In this document: positions 1 to 9,798 of the stretch, in pieces | How the letters are laid out: the number at the start of each line of letters is the position of its first letter | How positions within the stretch are numbered: the first letter of the stretch is position 1 | Origin: Promethearchaeota archaeon | GTDB taxonomy: Archaea > Asgardarchaeota > Lokiarchaeia > Sigyniarchaeales > SOKP01 | Assembly (NCBI GenBank): GCA_048939995.1 | Contig: JBHLOY010000002.1 | Location: 448,001 to 512,000 of the forward strand | Length of the DNA: 64,000 nt | Direction of reading: 5' to 3' | Made by a program: the position numbers and the translations under genes | The notes under the pieces: generated by a model | The model's database searches: none | What the model saw: the letters and a program-made list of their open reading frames with translations, nothing else | What the model was told of the DNA's origin: nothing

Positions 1-259
1 TGCGCTTCTTCTCTTTAAAAACGTATGGTTTCCTCTTCTTTCCTTTTTTCTCTGAAATCTTTAACTTTTCTAATTTTTCAACATTTTCTTTATGCGTAGA
101 TTGCCTAATATAATCAATTGGAATATTTAGCTTCTTTAATAATTGAACTGTTTTCCCAGCTTCTCTAATTTCAGCTAACGAAAAGCCCTTCCCTTTTCTT
201 AAATTATGAGCTTTTGATGGTGAATATACTATTGCATTTGCAGTATCTTTAGTTTCCAT
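1..259 (-). CDS. rpl13e: 50S ribosomal protein L13e (partial, runs off window start)
   Basis: Not in ORF track; manual translation from ATG at 259 gives METKDTANAIVYSPSKAHNLRKGKGFSLAEIREAG...IPIDYIRQSTHKENVEKL, matching the L13e RxGxGFSLxE..AG motif. Confidence 0.88.
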   Translation of the reverse strand, partial: METKDTANAIVYSPSKAHNLRKGKGFSLAEIREAGKTVQLLKKLNIPIDYIRQSTHKENVEKLEKLKISEKKGKKRKPYVFKEKKR

Positions 260-377
260 AATAAAAACATCTTACTTAGCTTAGTTGTAGGTAGGATAAC
301 TCTTGCAAGTTTTTATTTTTTTCTATTTAATATAGGAAAAACTCAAAAAAACATTAATGTATACTATTTAAACAACC

Positions 378-1028
378 TTACATTTTAATAATGTCTAATT
401 CTGCTAATTTTTTCAGAATTTCATTAATTTCTGTTCGTGTTTTGTTAAAATATCTTGAGATTTTAAGCGGAGAATTTTTTTCTTTTTCTCCTGTACATTT
501 CAAGGCCACTTTAAAATCGAAATCATTAATCATACCCATAGACAATATTTTTTCTAAAACTTTTTTTGCAATTAATAAGGTAGGAAAAACCTCAGCAATT
601 TTACCGCCAAATGTTAAATTTTCAATATCAGTGTTAATCGTCTGAAATCTGCTCCTTTCAGTTGTCGTTCGGAATATCTTTATATCTGATTGATGCTTTT
701 TCCAAAATCTATTAGCAATCTTATGAATCACCTCAATCAATTTGTCTGTATTATCATCAGAATCAGAAATAGAACAAAATAATATTCTAGAAGTTGGATG
801 ATAATAAATCACAATTGTAGAGTCTTCAGATTCAACGGTTCTTATTATTTCATCACTTCTTTTTCCTTTTGCCATCGCATCTTGAATATTATCAATAATT
901 TGGTTTATTTCTTTAAAAAAACCTGGTATTACTTCATTTCCAATTTTACTTTTTTGAAACTCTTTAAAAGTGGTTTCTAATATTGAAATCCCGTTATCCC
1001 CATCAATTAGATAGATTTTATAGATCAA
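378..1028 (-). CDS. Longin-like domain protein with C-terminal winged-helix
   Basis: IYLIDGDNGISIL...ILFCSISDSDD..LIEVIHKIANRF fits a longin/sigma-adaptin-like pattern; C-terminal SPLKISRYFNKTRTEINEILKKLAELDII is wHTH-like. Confidence 0.55.
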   Translation of the reverse strand: MIYKIYLIDGDNGISILETTFKEFQKSKIGNEVIPGFFKEINQIIDNIQDAMAKGKRSDEIIRTVESEDSTIVIYYHPTSRILFCSISDSDDNTDKLIEVIHKIANRFWKKHQSDIKIFRTTTERSRFQTINTDIENLTFGGKIAEVFPTLLIAKKVLEKILSMGMINDFDFKVALKCTGEKEKNSPLKISRYFNKTRTEINEILKKLAELDIIKM

Positions 1029-1171
1029 TGTTCAAAATAAGAAATACAGTTTTATTATCAAAATAATAATACTATTTTCTTAAGAATCTTTACATTCCAC
1101 TTTTGTCATGGTTAAAAATAAAAAGAGAGTTTTTTATATATCTTTTAAAATTATTGATAGTAAATTTTACA

Positions 1172-2437
1172 ATGAAAGTAAAGAAATTATCTTTGTTTTT
1201 TGGTGTAATTATATTCTCATTGCTTTCAATAAATACAAATCATTTTATTTACAGCGGAATTCCTAGCCCTAAATCATCCGATACGGGAGTTTCAGGTTAT
1301 ACTATAACAGGGAGTATTACATACCAAGTTGAAATAAATTTTACACTTACTCATAATAATTTAAACGGTTTCCTAGTATCCAGTGATTATAATTTCAAAT
1401 TTGCAAGATTAAATAATCGTCATCCTAATTCTTCCTTAACGCATTATACACCACCATACCAAGAAAGCTTATTACTATACCATAAAATAATTGGTAGCGA
1501 TTACGTCCCCTATTTTTCGCAAGATAAATTCAATAATACATATGACATCTTCAATGCTACGCTATCACCTTCACAATCGATTATTTTAAATCAAAAATAT
1601 AATATTACATTAAATGCGATTTCCTTTCCGAATATCGAACCTTCATCGATTGGTATATACGACACTTCCGATGATATTTTTGATTTATATTGCAATAAGT
1701 CAGAAATCTATTATGAGAAAAATGATCCTGTATTAAATGCCACCTCTTTTAGTATTGTAGATCCAAGTGATAATCCTGTGGAAAAAGCTCAAAAGATTTA
1801 CAATTGGGTATCAAGTTATCTTACCTATGATGGAACCCTTCCTGGTCAAGAGAAAGGGGCGTTATGGGCTCTCAATAATAGCAAAGGAGATTGTAGTGAA
1901 TATTCATCTTTAATGATTACACTATTGAGATGTCAAGGAATACCTGCACGTAAAGTTACTGGTTATGTATTTTCCAATAATCCAAATATTCAGCCAACTC
2001 TTGGAGAACAGAAAACTTTTTATATCAGCAGAACCGGAGGGAGCTCCTCGACTAACTTTTTAGGACATGCGTGGGTCGAATATTATGTCCCAAATATTGG
2101 ATGGATCGCTTGCGACCCTACATGGAATAACGGAGCAAATTATTTCAATCGAATCGATTCTCTCAGATTTGCTTCCAATATAGGAGCATGGTTCACAATT
2201 CCATTATTACCAGAAATCAGTGAATTTCCAAATCCATGCATAGTTTACGATACAGATGCTGATTTTAACTATGATTATAATGTAGTAATAACTGTAATAG
2301 AATCAAGTAAATTACCACTCGATCCCTTAACAATAATTATAACTGTGGGAACAATCGCTGCAATTGTGTCTGTTATCATATTGATAATAGTAATTAGTAA
2401 TAAGAGAAAAAAGAGAGCAAAAGAGGGATATTATTAA
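1172..2437 (+). CDS. Secreted, C-terminally anchored transglutaminase-like cysteine protease
   Basis: Catalytic triad GDCSEY / GHAWVE / DPTW; N-terminal signal; C-terminal TM plus KRKKR; ATG at 1172 preferred over TTG at 1103. Confidence 0.85.
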   Translation: MKVKKLSLFFGVIIFSLLSINTNHFIYSGIPSPKSSDTGVSGYTITGSITYQVEINFTLTHNNLNGFLVSSDYNFKFARLNNRHPNSSLTHYTPPYQESLLLYHKIIGSDYVPYFSQDKFNNTYDIFNATLSPSQSIILNQKYNITLNAISFPNIEPSSIGIYDTSDDIFDLYCNKSEIYYEKNDPVLNATSFSIVDPSDNPVEKAQKIYNWVSSYLTYDGTLPGQEKGALWALNNSKGDCSEYSSLMITLLRCQGIPARKVTGYVFSNNPNIQPTLGEQKTFYISRTGGSSSTNFLGHAWVEYYVPNIGWIACDPTWNNGANYFNRIDSLRFASNIGAWFTIPLLPEISEFPNPCIVYDTDADFNYDYNVVITVIESSKLPLDPLTIIITVGTIAAIVSVIILIIVISNKRKKRAKEGYY

Positions 2438-2476
2438 AAATATTTTTTTTTATTTTAAAATAAGTGAAAATAAATT

Positions 2477-3889
2477 TTAGATATAAGTTTTGATTAAATC
2501 TTTTATATTTTTAGTGAATTTCGGTAGCTGCTTCTCGATTTTCTGAATATTCTCAAATTTTTCCATAAATAAAAGTAAATATAAATTATATTTATCTACT
2601 TCAATTTTTTTAAATATTATTTTCTTTTCTTCCTCAGTTATGCCTGAGGTAACAATAAAATCTTGTTTTAGTAATTTAAATTCTTTAAAAGTTTTGTAGA
2701 GCGTTTGGAAGTGAGGGGCTGATATTTCAAATACCTTTTCAGATATTTCTGAATGAGAATAATTGGATAAGATTATACCATTGTCATTTAATAATAATAC
2801 TGCATCAGATTCTGTTTTATTAGCCAAAAACTTAAGTTGATTTTCGAATAATTCCCGGTTTGGGCTGAGTTGTGAAAGTCCATAGGAATAAGCTGAGATT
2901 AATGAATAATGATCGAAGATAGAGGTATGAAATATTTTAAGAAAGAAATTTGCGGCTGTTCCTGCAATTTCTTGTTCAAGAAATTTTATATTCTTTTTAA
3001 TATCCTTTGATTTTTTTAAATCAGGATCAAACTTGTTTAAACAAACTACTATGGGTGGAAACTCATCTAACTCCCTTAGAGAATTTAAGATTTTTTTGAA
3101 TAATTCAATAGCTTCTTCGTTCCTTTTAACATCTTGGATATCAATGAAGTAAAATAAAAGATCAACATTATAAAGGTAGACTTTGCTTTGTTCAAGATAC
3201 TTTTCTCGATACTTTTGTTGACCCCCTAAATCCCATATTGATATAGTTGAGTTCTGTTCTTCAAATATTTTTTCCTCAGTTCTTGCAACTCCCTTAGTAG
3301 GCAATGCTTTAATGATCTCAGAATATTTTTTCTTAACACCTAGTAAAAAACTGCTTTTACCTGCTCGATCTAATCCTACAAAAAGAATTTTTAATACTTT
3401 TTTAGTTGTTATTGAATCTTTTATTTCACTGCTAAAATCAAATAATTCTTTCTTTAAATGTTCTAAAATTAATTTACTTTTCTCCACATTTTGTGAAACT
3501 TGTACCTTAGAAGCTGCTCTATCGATAATTATTCTTAAATATTTCATATTTTCATAAAAGAATACTTTATTTTGCTCATCAATTAGGACAGAAATAGTTG
3601 CAGCTGTAGCATTTCCACGAGCATTTGCATCAGGTATCAAAAAAAAATAAGTTAATCCATTCATTTTTAAATCAGGAAATGGTAATATACCAAAATAGTT
3701 GACCCCTTCTATATCAGTTCCATCTTGATACACAGCATCACCCATTAAAAGACTAATTGTTTTCATGGCAATTAGTAAACGAGCAGACTCTTCCATATCA
3801 TAAGGCCAATAAAATTTTGCAGTCGGTCCTTCCTCGTCAAAAAAACTCAAAACGACAGCTTTTATGATATTTGCACTAGGACTATTCAT
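2477..3889 (-). CDS. Arf/Rag-like small GTPase with N-terminal uDENN/longin-like and C-terminal roadblock-like domains
   Basis: G1 GLDRAGKS, G2 PTKG, G3 DLGGQ, G4 NKFD, G5-like TSI; N-terminal FFDEEGP; C-terminal DAVLLLNDNGIILS. Confidence 0.85.
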   Translation of the reverse strand: MNSPSANIIKAVVLSFFDEEGPTAKFYWPYDMEESARLLIAMKTISLLMGDAVYQDGTDIEGVNYFGILPFPDLKMNGLTYFFLIPDANARGNATAATISVLIDEQNKVFFYENMKYLRIIIDRAASKVQVSQNVEKSKLILEHLKKELFDFSSEIKDSITTKKVLKILFVGLDRAGKSSFLLGVKKKYSEIIKALPTKGVARTEEKIFEEQNSTISIWDLGGQQKYREKYLEQSKVYLYNVDLLFYFIDIQDVKRNEEAIELFKKILNSLRELDEFPPIVVCLNKFDPDLKKSKDIKKNIKFLEQEIAGTAANFFLKIFHTSIFDHYSLISAYSYGLSQLSPNRELFENQLKFLANKTESDAVLLLNDNGIILSNYSHSEISEKVFEISAPHFQTLYKTFKEFKLLKQDFIVTSGITEEEKKIIFKKIEVDKYNLYLLLFMEKFENIQKIEKQLPKFTKNIKDLIKTYI

Positions 3890-3951
3890 TTTACGATTCC
3901 TAATTCTTCTAATATATCAAAAATAGTTTACGTACTTATAAATCTTTTAAC

Positions 3952-5802
3952 CTATTCAGTAATTTTTATATAATACATTTGGGACGATTCACAGATTCTT
4001 TTAAGAAAATCGTATATTTGCTGAGCATTGCTTAATTCTTTATTATGCTTGCTAAGAGATATCTGTTCAATAGCATTATTTTGAATTATTGAATGAAATA
4101 TGCCATGACTTTTAATACGCTCCAGCAATGGCATATTAAGGTTTACGGCAAGATGGTACGATTCAGTATAATGAGGATATTTATCATCATTGCGAGTAAT
4201 TGCATCGTTACTAAAATGCTTTTTATCTAATCGAGTAAAACGGCTTAAAGCTTTATTTGATGAACTTCCAGTCAAACAAAAAGGGAAATTTAATTGAGTT
4301 GATTTTTCTTCGCAAAACTCCTTCATTTCAAGTATTATCTTTTGTGCCAATTTGATTGAATCTAATATTTCAGAAAAATCTAAATTTGTTAAGCTTTTTA
4401 GGGTTTCACTTAAACCCACAAATCCTATGCATAATTTCTGATTTCTTAAATCAAATAAATTATCCTTATTTAAATTACTACAAAGTGGAAGATGATTTGT
4501 TTTTAATCTTTTTTCAATCACTTCCACTTTTTTTATCAAGATTCTAACAACTATTTCCATTAAATCAATTAAACTTTCAAGAAATTTATCCTCATCTTTC
4601 TTTTGATAAGCTATTCGCGGCAGATTTAAAGAGATTTTTTGAAGTATTCCATAATTATTGCAAGCATTACTATGATATTCAAAATGCCTTTCTTTGACCC
4701 AATTGAGGCATGAGTTAATAAAGTAAAGCTTTTTAGTTCTTAGAGATTCATTAATAACTCGAAAATATGATTCCTCATACTTCCGTAATAGTTCCTCATC
4801 AAAGAATACAATATGATTAGGATATAAGAGAGATTTGCTGTTATAATCTCCTTTCGTGAAAATAGAAGTTAAAATTTCAAAGATTTTAAGGCATTCCTGT
4901 TTATAATCGCCATAAACTCCTGATCCTTCTCCATTTGGAGTTATGGCGGAAAGATTTAAAAGCTTTTGGGATATAGTTGGAGTGCAGGAAATTGAAGTCT
5001 TTAAAGAATTTTTAGCAGTAATCATCGCTAATTGATTAATTTTATAAATAAAATTTCTTAATATATTTTCAATTTCATTGTTTGATAAGCCTCTGACATA
5101 CGGAGCTAAAAATACTGTTATATGTTCAAGTTTCTGCTCATCGCTAAATTCACTTTGGATGAAACCTAACCACTGAGCGAGTTGATAGGTCGCATCCAAT
5201 AAATTTTTTGGCGGACCTAATTTAGAACCAAAATTCCAGTGTTTCACGGGGGGCAATCCAAACTTTAAAATCATTCGCGGATCCCATACTTCTGAGTACA
5301 TTCTTAAATCAAAATATTTTAGTTGATGAATGTGAATATCACCATATAAGTGTGCATGAGCCTCTTCATCTGATAAGATTCTTAACAGTGAATATTCTTC
5401 TGCCAACTGATTAGCTGCTAAATGATGAATTTTTTCTGGATTAATAACCTTTTCTCGGGTATGCTTAAAATTAGTTTCAAGAATTTCTTCATAATCCATC
5501 AATGGCATTCCAATTCGGGTATATAATTTACGTTCCTCTTCATAGTGCTGTTCAGATAGAATAGAACATACGATTTCTCTTATATGAGGCCCAGAAAGAA
5601 ATTTTATACTAGAAGATATAATCCTTCTCACTACTAATTCTGTTATTTTTCCAGCAACAGTTTGATTTAATCCAGTTTCCTTTATTATACTTAACTCAAT
5701 TTTAGTAGGATCAAAAGGTACAACATCTCCTTCTGTCCTAAAAACTTTTGGCATTAATTTCTTTAAATAAGATTTTTCTTTTTGACTCATTTCCAATTCC
5801 AA
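3952..5802 (-). CDS. nrdD: ATP-cone-containing class III ribonucleotide reductase (NrdD)-like protein, degenerate
   Basis: ATP cone (VFRTEGDVVPFDPTKI...IREIV), AHLYGDIHIH, SLNLPRIA, IGFVGLSE; lacks catalytic Cys motifs and the C-terminal glycyl-radical domain. Confidence 0.8.
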   Translation of the reverse strand: MELEMSQKEKSYLKKLMPKVFRTEGDVVPFDPTKIELSIIKETGLNQTVAGKITELVVRRIISSSIKFLSGPHIREIVCSILSEQHYEEERKLYTRIGMPLMDYEEILETNFKHTREKVINPEKIHHLAANQLAEEYSLLRILSDEEAHAHLYGDIHIHQLKYFDLRMYSEVWDPRMILKFGLPPVKHWNFGSKLGPPKNLLDATYQLAQWLGFIQSEFSDEQKLEHITVFLAPYVRGLSNNEIENILRNFIYKINQLAMITAKNSLKTSISCTPTISQKLLNLSAITPNGEGSGVYGDYKQECLKIFEILTSIFTKGDYNSKSLLYPNHIVFFDEELLRKYEESYFRVINESLRTKKLYFINSCLNWVKERHFEYHSNACNNYGILQKISLNLPRIAYQKKDEDKFLESLIDLMEIVVRILIKKVEVIEKRLKTNHLPLCSNLNKDNLFDLRNQKLCIGFVGLSETLKSLTNLDFSEILDSIKLAQKIILEMKEFCEEKSTQLNFPFCLTGSSSNKALSRFTRLDKKHFSNDAITRNDDKYPHYTESYHLAVNLNMPLLERIKSHGIFHSIIQNNAIEQISLSKHNKELSNAQQIYDFLKRICESSQMYYIKITE

Positions 5803-5918
5803 TTATACCTAAGAGAATGAATTTATTATAATTTAATTAAATTATGTAAGATTTAAATTTAAAATCATTATTCCTATAGCCTCTTATATTTATTTTACTT
5901 TAAAAAAGAAAAATATGT

Positions 5919-6734
5919 ATGTTAAATGAATCTATTTATTTATCTTTAAAACACTTCTTTACTGAAATTTATCATATCCTCCTTAAATCTACTAAGGATG
6001 CAACTGAAATCTGGTGTGAAACATACGAAATTGACTTCCTAGCTACTTTGGATAAAGAAAGCATTAATGATCTCATCAATAAGTTTGAATTTATCTCACG
6101 AAAAAAAGGGAGCTACACATACTTTTATTCAATAAATAAAATCTCATTTATCATAGAAGCACTACAAGTACTAGAATTTGACATTAAAGAGTTATCAAAC
6201 TTAATTAACTTTAGTGGTTTTGAACAGTTGATTCAAGAAATTCTTGTAAAAAATGGGCATTACACCATAAAGAATTTTAGATTTTCAGATAGATCATATT
6301 ACAGAAAAACAACAAAACAAACTAAATACGAGATTGATGTGATCGGATGGAAGGAGCAATTTTTGCTCCTTATTGACGCGAAGCAATGGAATAAAAGAGA
6401 TGCATTTAGTGCACTTAATAAAGCAGCAAATTTACAATACCAGAGAGCTTTAACTCTTCAAAAAAACTCTGAAATCCTTTCAGATCTAATCCAATCTCTT
6501 ATTGGACCTAAAAATTTTTTAAAAATCAAATTACCTATAATAATAATCCCAATAATAGTTACCCTCGAAGAGAATAGGGCACTCATAAATGAAAATATGG
6601 TCCCATTAGTCTCAATCTATAAAATAAATTCTTTTCTGCAGGAATTAAAATTAAACTTATCCTATTTTAAAACTCTTAAAATAAATAAAATATCTATACA
6701 AAAACAAATATTTAATTCATTTTGCGAATCCTAA
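5919..6734 (+). CDS. PD-(D/E)XK restriction endonuclease-like protein (Mrr/NERD-like)
   Basis: FEQLIQEIL...EIDVIG...LIDAKQW motif. Confidence 0.7.
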   Translation: MLNESIYLSLKHFFTEIYHILLKSTKDATEIWCETYEIDFLATLDKESINDLINKFEFISRKKGSYTYFYSINKISFIIEALQVLEFDIKELSNLINFSGFEQLIQEILVKNGHYTIKNFRFSDRSYYRKTTKQTKYEIDVIGWKEQFLLLIDAKQWNKRDAFSALNKAANLQYQRALTLQKNSEILSDLIQSLIGPKNFLKIKLPIIIIPIIVTLEENRALINENMVPLVSIYKINSFLQELKLNLSYFKTLKINKISIQKQIFNSFCES

Positions 6735-7646
6735 ATAATCTTTAATTTGTTTTTTGACTATATTTGCGGCAAAATGAATAATCCCGCTCTTAACTTTTGG
6801 ATTAGAAAGTATTACTAAAATCATATCATTAAATTGAGGGATCTTATTATCTATGGGAGCCAAATCTAAAACTCCATGGGTGCCCCTTACTGATATATTT
6901 AAAAGTTTACCTGCGCTTAAGCTCTCAATTATATCTAAACCTATCAAAGAAAGACTTTGACCTATAGTCGCAAATAGAGAGTCAGATATTCTGGAAGAAA
7001 TAGCTGAAGCTAGAATCGTTCCATCTTTTTTTATTATTGCTGATGCTTCGATATGGAGATCTAATTTCAATAGTTCTTTCAAAATTTCATTCATACTTGA
7101 GGGCGATATGGCTTCTTTTTGCTTTTTTCCTTCTCTTTTCTTCTCTGTTGGTAATTTTTCAACAGTTACCTTTTTAGAAAGAAATTTGAGAACTTTTGTC
7201 ATATCTTCTTCTAATTGTTTCTGCTTAATTAGAGTAGATTCCAAATCTTGGTTGTTCTCAATTAAAACTTTTTTTTGTTTCTTCGGAGTAGGGGTTCCAA
7301 ATATTGCTTTTGAGGCTATTATAGATCCTTTAAAAGGTCTAGGAGTGATTTCTTTTAGAATTTCCTTATTTTCTCCGATTTCTGCTTTAACCGCATCAAC
7401 TTGAGAATCATCCATCTCAGGATCAGTATATTCTTTTGGAATCTCTTGAAGTTCTAGTAGTGAGGGCTTTATGAGATCTTCTCCTTTAATCGATGCTCGT
7501 TTTGATTTAGTTGGCTTACTAGATTTTTTTTCGACACCAATCTTCATTCGTGGAGCTTTACTTGAAATTGGTAAGAGAGCTCCGCATGTCCTGCAGATAC
7601 GTTCATTTGAAGGATTTGTCGTTCCACAATTCGAACAAATTATCAT
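6717..7646 (-). CDS. Zinc-ribbon plus roadblock/LC7 domain protein
   Basis: N-terminal CSNC..CRTC; long charged linker; C-terminal IEASAIIKKDGTILASAI roadblock motif. Confidence 0.75.
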   Translation of the reverse strand: MIICSNCGTTNPSNERICRTCGALLPISSKAPRMKIGVEKKSSKPTKSKRASIKGEDLIKPSLLELQEIPKEYTDPEMDDSQVDAVKAEIGENKEILKEITPRPFKGSIIASKAIFGTPTPKKQKKVLIENNQDLESTLIKQKQLEEDMTKVLKFLSKKVTVEKLPTEKKREGKKQKEAISPSSMNEILKELLKLDLHIEASAIIKKDGTILASAISSRISDSLFATIGQSLSLIGLDIIESLSAGKLLNISVRGTHGVLDLAPIDNKIPQFNDMILVILSNPKVKSGIIHFAANIVKKQIKDYLGFAK

Positions 7647-7730
7647 TAACCGAATATATATTTTTTGATACTATGTAATATAATAATAAAAATTCAATCT
7701 AATTAACGTTTAGAATTTTAAAAAATAAAT

Positions 7731-8693
7731 TTATTTATAAAGAAGTTCTTTTAGGAGATTGGAAAAAGTATCAAAATCTTCCCGAGAGATATTAGGATCT
7801 TGATTTAACATTATTAAATAATATGGGGGGCCTCCTTCCTTTAGTGATAATTGTTTAAAAATAAAATTTCTCCCAAATCTCTGAATTACCATTTTACTCT
7901 CATCATATTCCTTCCCAGGTAACACTTGTGTGAACTGTAAATTATCATTCAAAGCTAAAAAATAGGGTGTGGAAGCTGAAAGTAAGTTATGAGCTTCTTG
8001 AGTTTTATAATATGCTCCCAATACTAAAGAATTATCATCAAGGATTACAACTCCTTCTGAATTTACCTTTTCTGCAAATTGATTCATAGTTTTTTCAATT
8101 AAATCTGCTTTTGGGTAAAGATTCAGTAAAATTTCGGACATTGCCTTGATTATTGAAGGTAAATCGTATATGGACGTTTTGTAATAAAAAACTTTCTTAT
8201 AATCAACTACATTTTTTATTTTTTCTTTTATTTCTAGTTCTAAAGACTTTAGTTCATTTGGAGCATTACGTTTTAATGCTGGATCATACTTGTGGAGGAA
8301 TATGTAAATGGGTGGACTTATCCCTAATCTGCCGAATTGTTCTATAACATCTTTAAAATAACTTATAGATTCTGGAAGTCTACTCTTTGCTTGAATATCT
8401 ATTACATATATCGCGACCTCAGTGCCCTCAAAATACTTACCAGGATTCTTTAAGTAAGCAATTCGATAACTTACTTGCCCTCCAAGATCCCATTCAGCGA
8501 TATCCCTGCCCAAGAATTCGAAGATACGTCTCTGTGCTCCCCTTGTTGGCTTAAGCAATGCAATCTTTGAGAACTCTCGCTGAAGTCCTAAAATTATAGT
8601 TGTTTTGCCTGCAAAATCAAGACCAGTGAAAAGTATCTTAGAAGGTTCAACTGGCTTTTCATCCTTTTTCTTAGTTAAATATTGGATTGACAA
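7731..8693 (-). CDS. Rag/Gtr-like (Arf-related) small GTPase with C-terminal roadblock-like domain
   Basis: GLDFAGKT, PTRG, DLGGQ, Rag-type HKYD G4, TSIYD; C-terminal EGVVILDDNSLVLG; AGGTGA ribosome-binding site upstream of TTG start. Confidence 0.85.
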   Translation of the reverse strand: MSIQYLTKKKDEKPVEPSKILFTGLDFAGKTTIILGLQREFSKIALLKPTRGAQRRIFEFLGRDIAEWDLGGQVSYRIAYLKNPGKYFEGTEVAIYVIDIQAKSRLPESISYFKDVIEQFGRLGISPPIYIFLHKYDPALKRNAPNELKSLELEIKEKIKNVVDYKKVFYYKTSIYDLPSIIKAMSEILLNLYPKADLIEKTMNQFAEKVNSEGVVILDDNSLVLGAYYKTQEAHNLLSASTPYFLALNDNLQFTQVLPGKEYDESKMVIQRFGRNFIFKQLSLKEGGPPYYLIMLNQDPNISREDFDTFSNLLKELLYK

Positions 8694-8915
8694 ACAAAAT
8701 CACCTATCTAAGCATTGAGATAACAAAAATAAAATATAAATATATTCTTTTATAAAAAAAAAGATTATCTTATGCTATAAATTTCTTTCGCAAAAAAATT
8801 CTTAAAACGGTAATATTTTTTATTATTTCTGATTCTAGAACTTCTTTTTTATTATAAATAATATCCAAAATTTCAAATCTGTCTCTGAAATTTTTGGTAA
8901 AACATCACTTCCTTA

Positions 8916-9173
8916 TTATAGCTCGAATCCTTTTCCAAAAAATTCAGTAATATCAAAATAAACTAACTTTCTTATACCGTTTTCCAATTGGATCTCTAGC
9001 AAGTCATAATTTTTTTCATCCTTTTCTATTAAACTTTGTTTTATGAGTTTGTAATTACCAAACCTTCTTCTTAACTCTATGTACTCCTGGTCTACTCCCT
9101 CAAAATGAGAGCAATTGGTAATCACAATCGCATTTTCATAGGATGTTCCATTACCACCTGAGATTCTTACCAT
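8916..9173 (-). CDS. Small conserved hypothetical protein
   Basis: 85 aa with GGNGTSYENAIVI...YFDITEFFG pattern; co-directional with neighbours. Confidence 0.65.
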   Translation of the reverse strand: MVRISGGNGTSYENAIVITNCSHFEGVDQEYIELRRRFGNYKLIKQSLIEKDEKNYDLLEIQLENGIRKLVYFDITEFFGKGFEL

Positions 9174-9203
9174 TTACACTCTTACCTTTTCCATATAAAC
9201 CAA

Positions 9204-9773
9204 TTAAAATTTATTTTTTACATTTTGATTAAGTTTTATGTTTGAGTCAAATAATTCATCAATTTTCTCAATCACTTGTCCAGGAGTTTCAAGACCATAA
9301 ATTTTATCTGATCTTCTATCATCAAGCTTCTGGTTGGAAACTTTTGATGACCAACCTTGAATATTTGACAAAGCAATAATAGGTTTTTGATATATCCATG
9401 CAAAACAGAGTTCAGACAGTGTCCCTGCTTTTCCTCCAATTGCCACACATACATCACCTGTTAAAACCACTACAATATTTCGTGCTTGTGAAAATGGGAC
9501 AGGTATTACTATATCAACATATCTGTTTGCAGCAGATTTCTCTATAAAAGGAATAACGCCAATAGTTAAACCACCGTTTTCTTTCACACCTCTACAGATT
9601 GATTCCATTACTCCAGTTAATCCCCCACAAACTATTGCATACTTATTTTCTGCCAATAATCTTCCCAATTCAATTGTAAGTTTTTCAGTTTTATTATCAA
9701 TTTCGCTAGCACCTATAATCGAGATTATTCCCTTAAAATTATCTTTAAAATTAAATTCCATAATAATTCTCAT
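9204..9773 (-). CDS. LOG/SLOG family protein (TIGR00725-like)
   Basis: CGGLTGVME, ARNIVV, GGKAGTLSE motifs. Confidence 0.85.
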   Translation of the reverse strand: MRIIMEFNFKDNFKGIISIIGASEIDNKTEKLTIELGRLLAENKYAIVCGGLTGVMESICRGVKENGGLTIGVIPFIEKSAANRYVDIVIPVPFSQARNIVVVLTGDVCVAIGGKAGTLSELCFAWIYQKPIIALSNIQGWSSKVSNQKLDDRRSDKIYGLETPGQVIEKIDELFDSNIKLNQNVKNKF

Positions 9774-9798
9774 CCACTATGTTTTTATAATATCTTAT

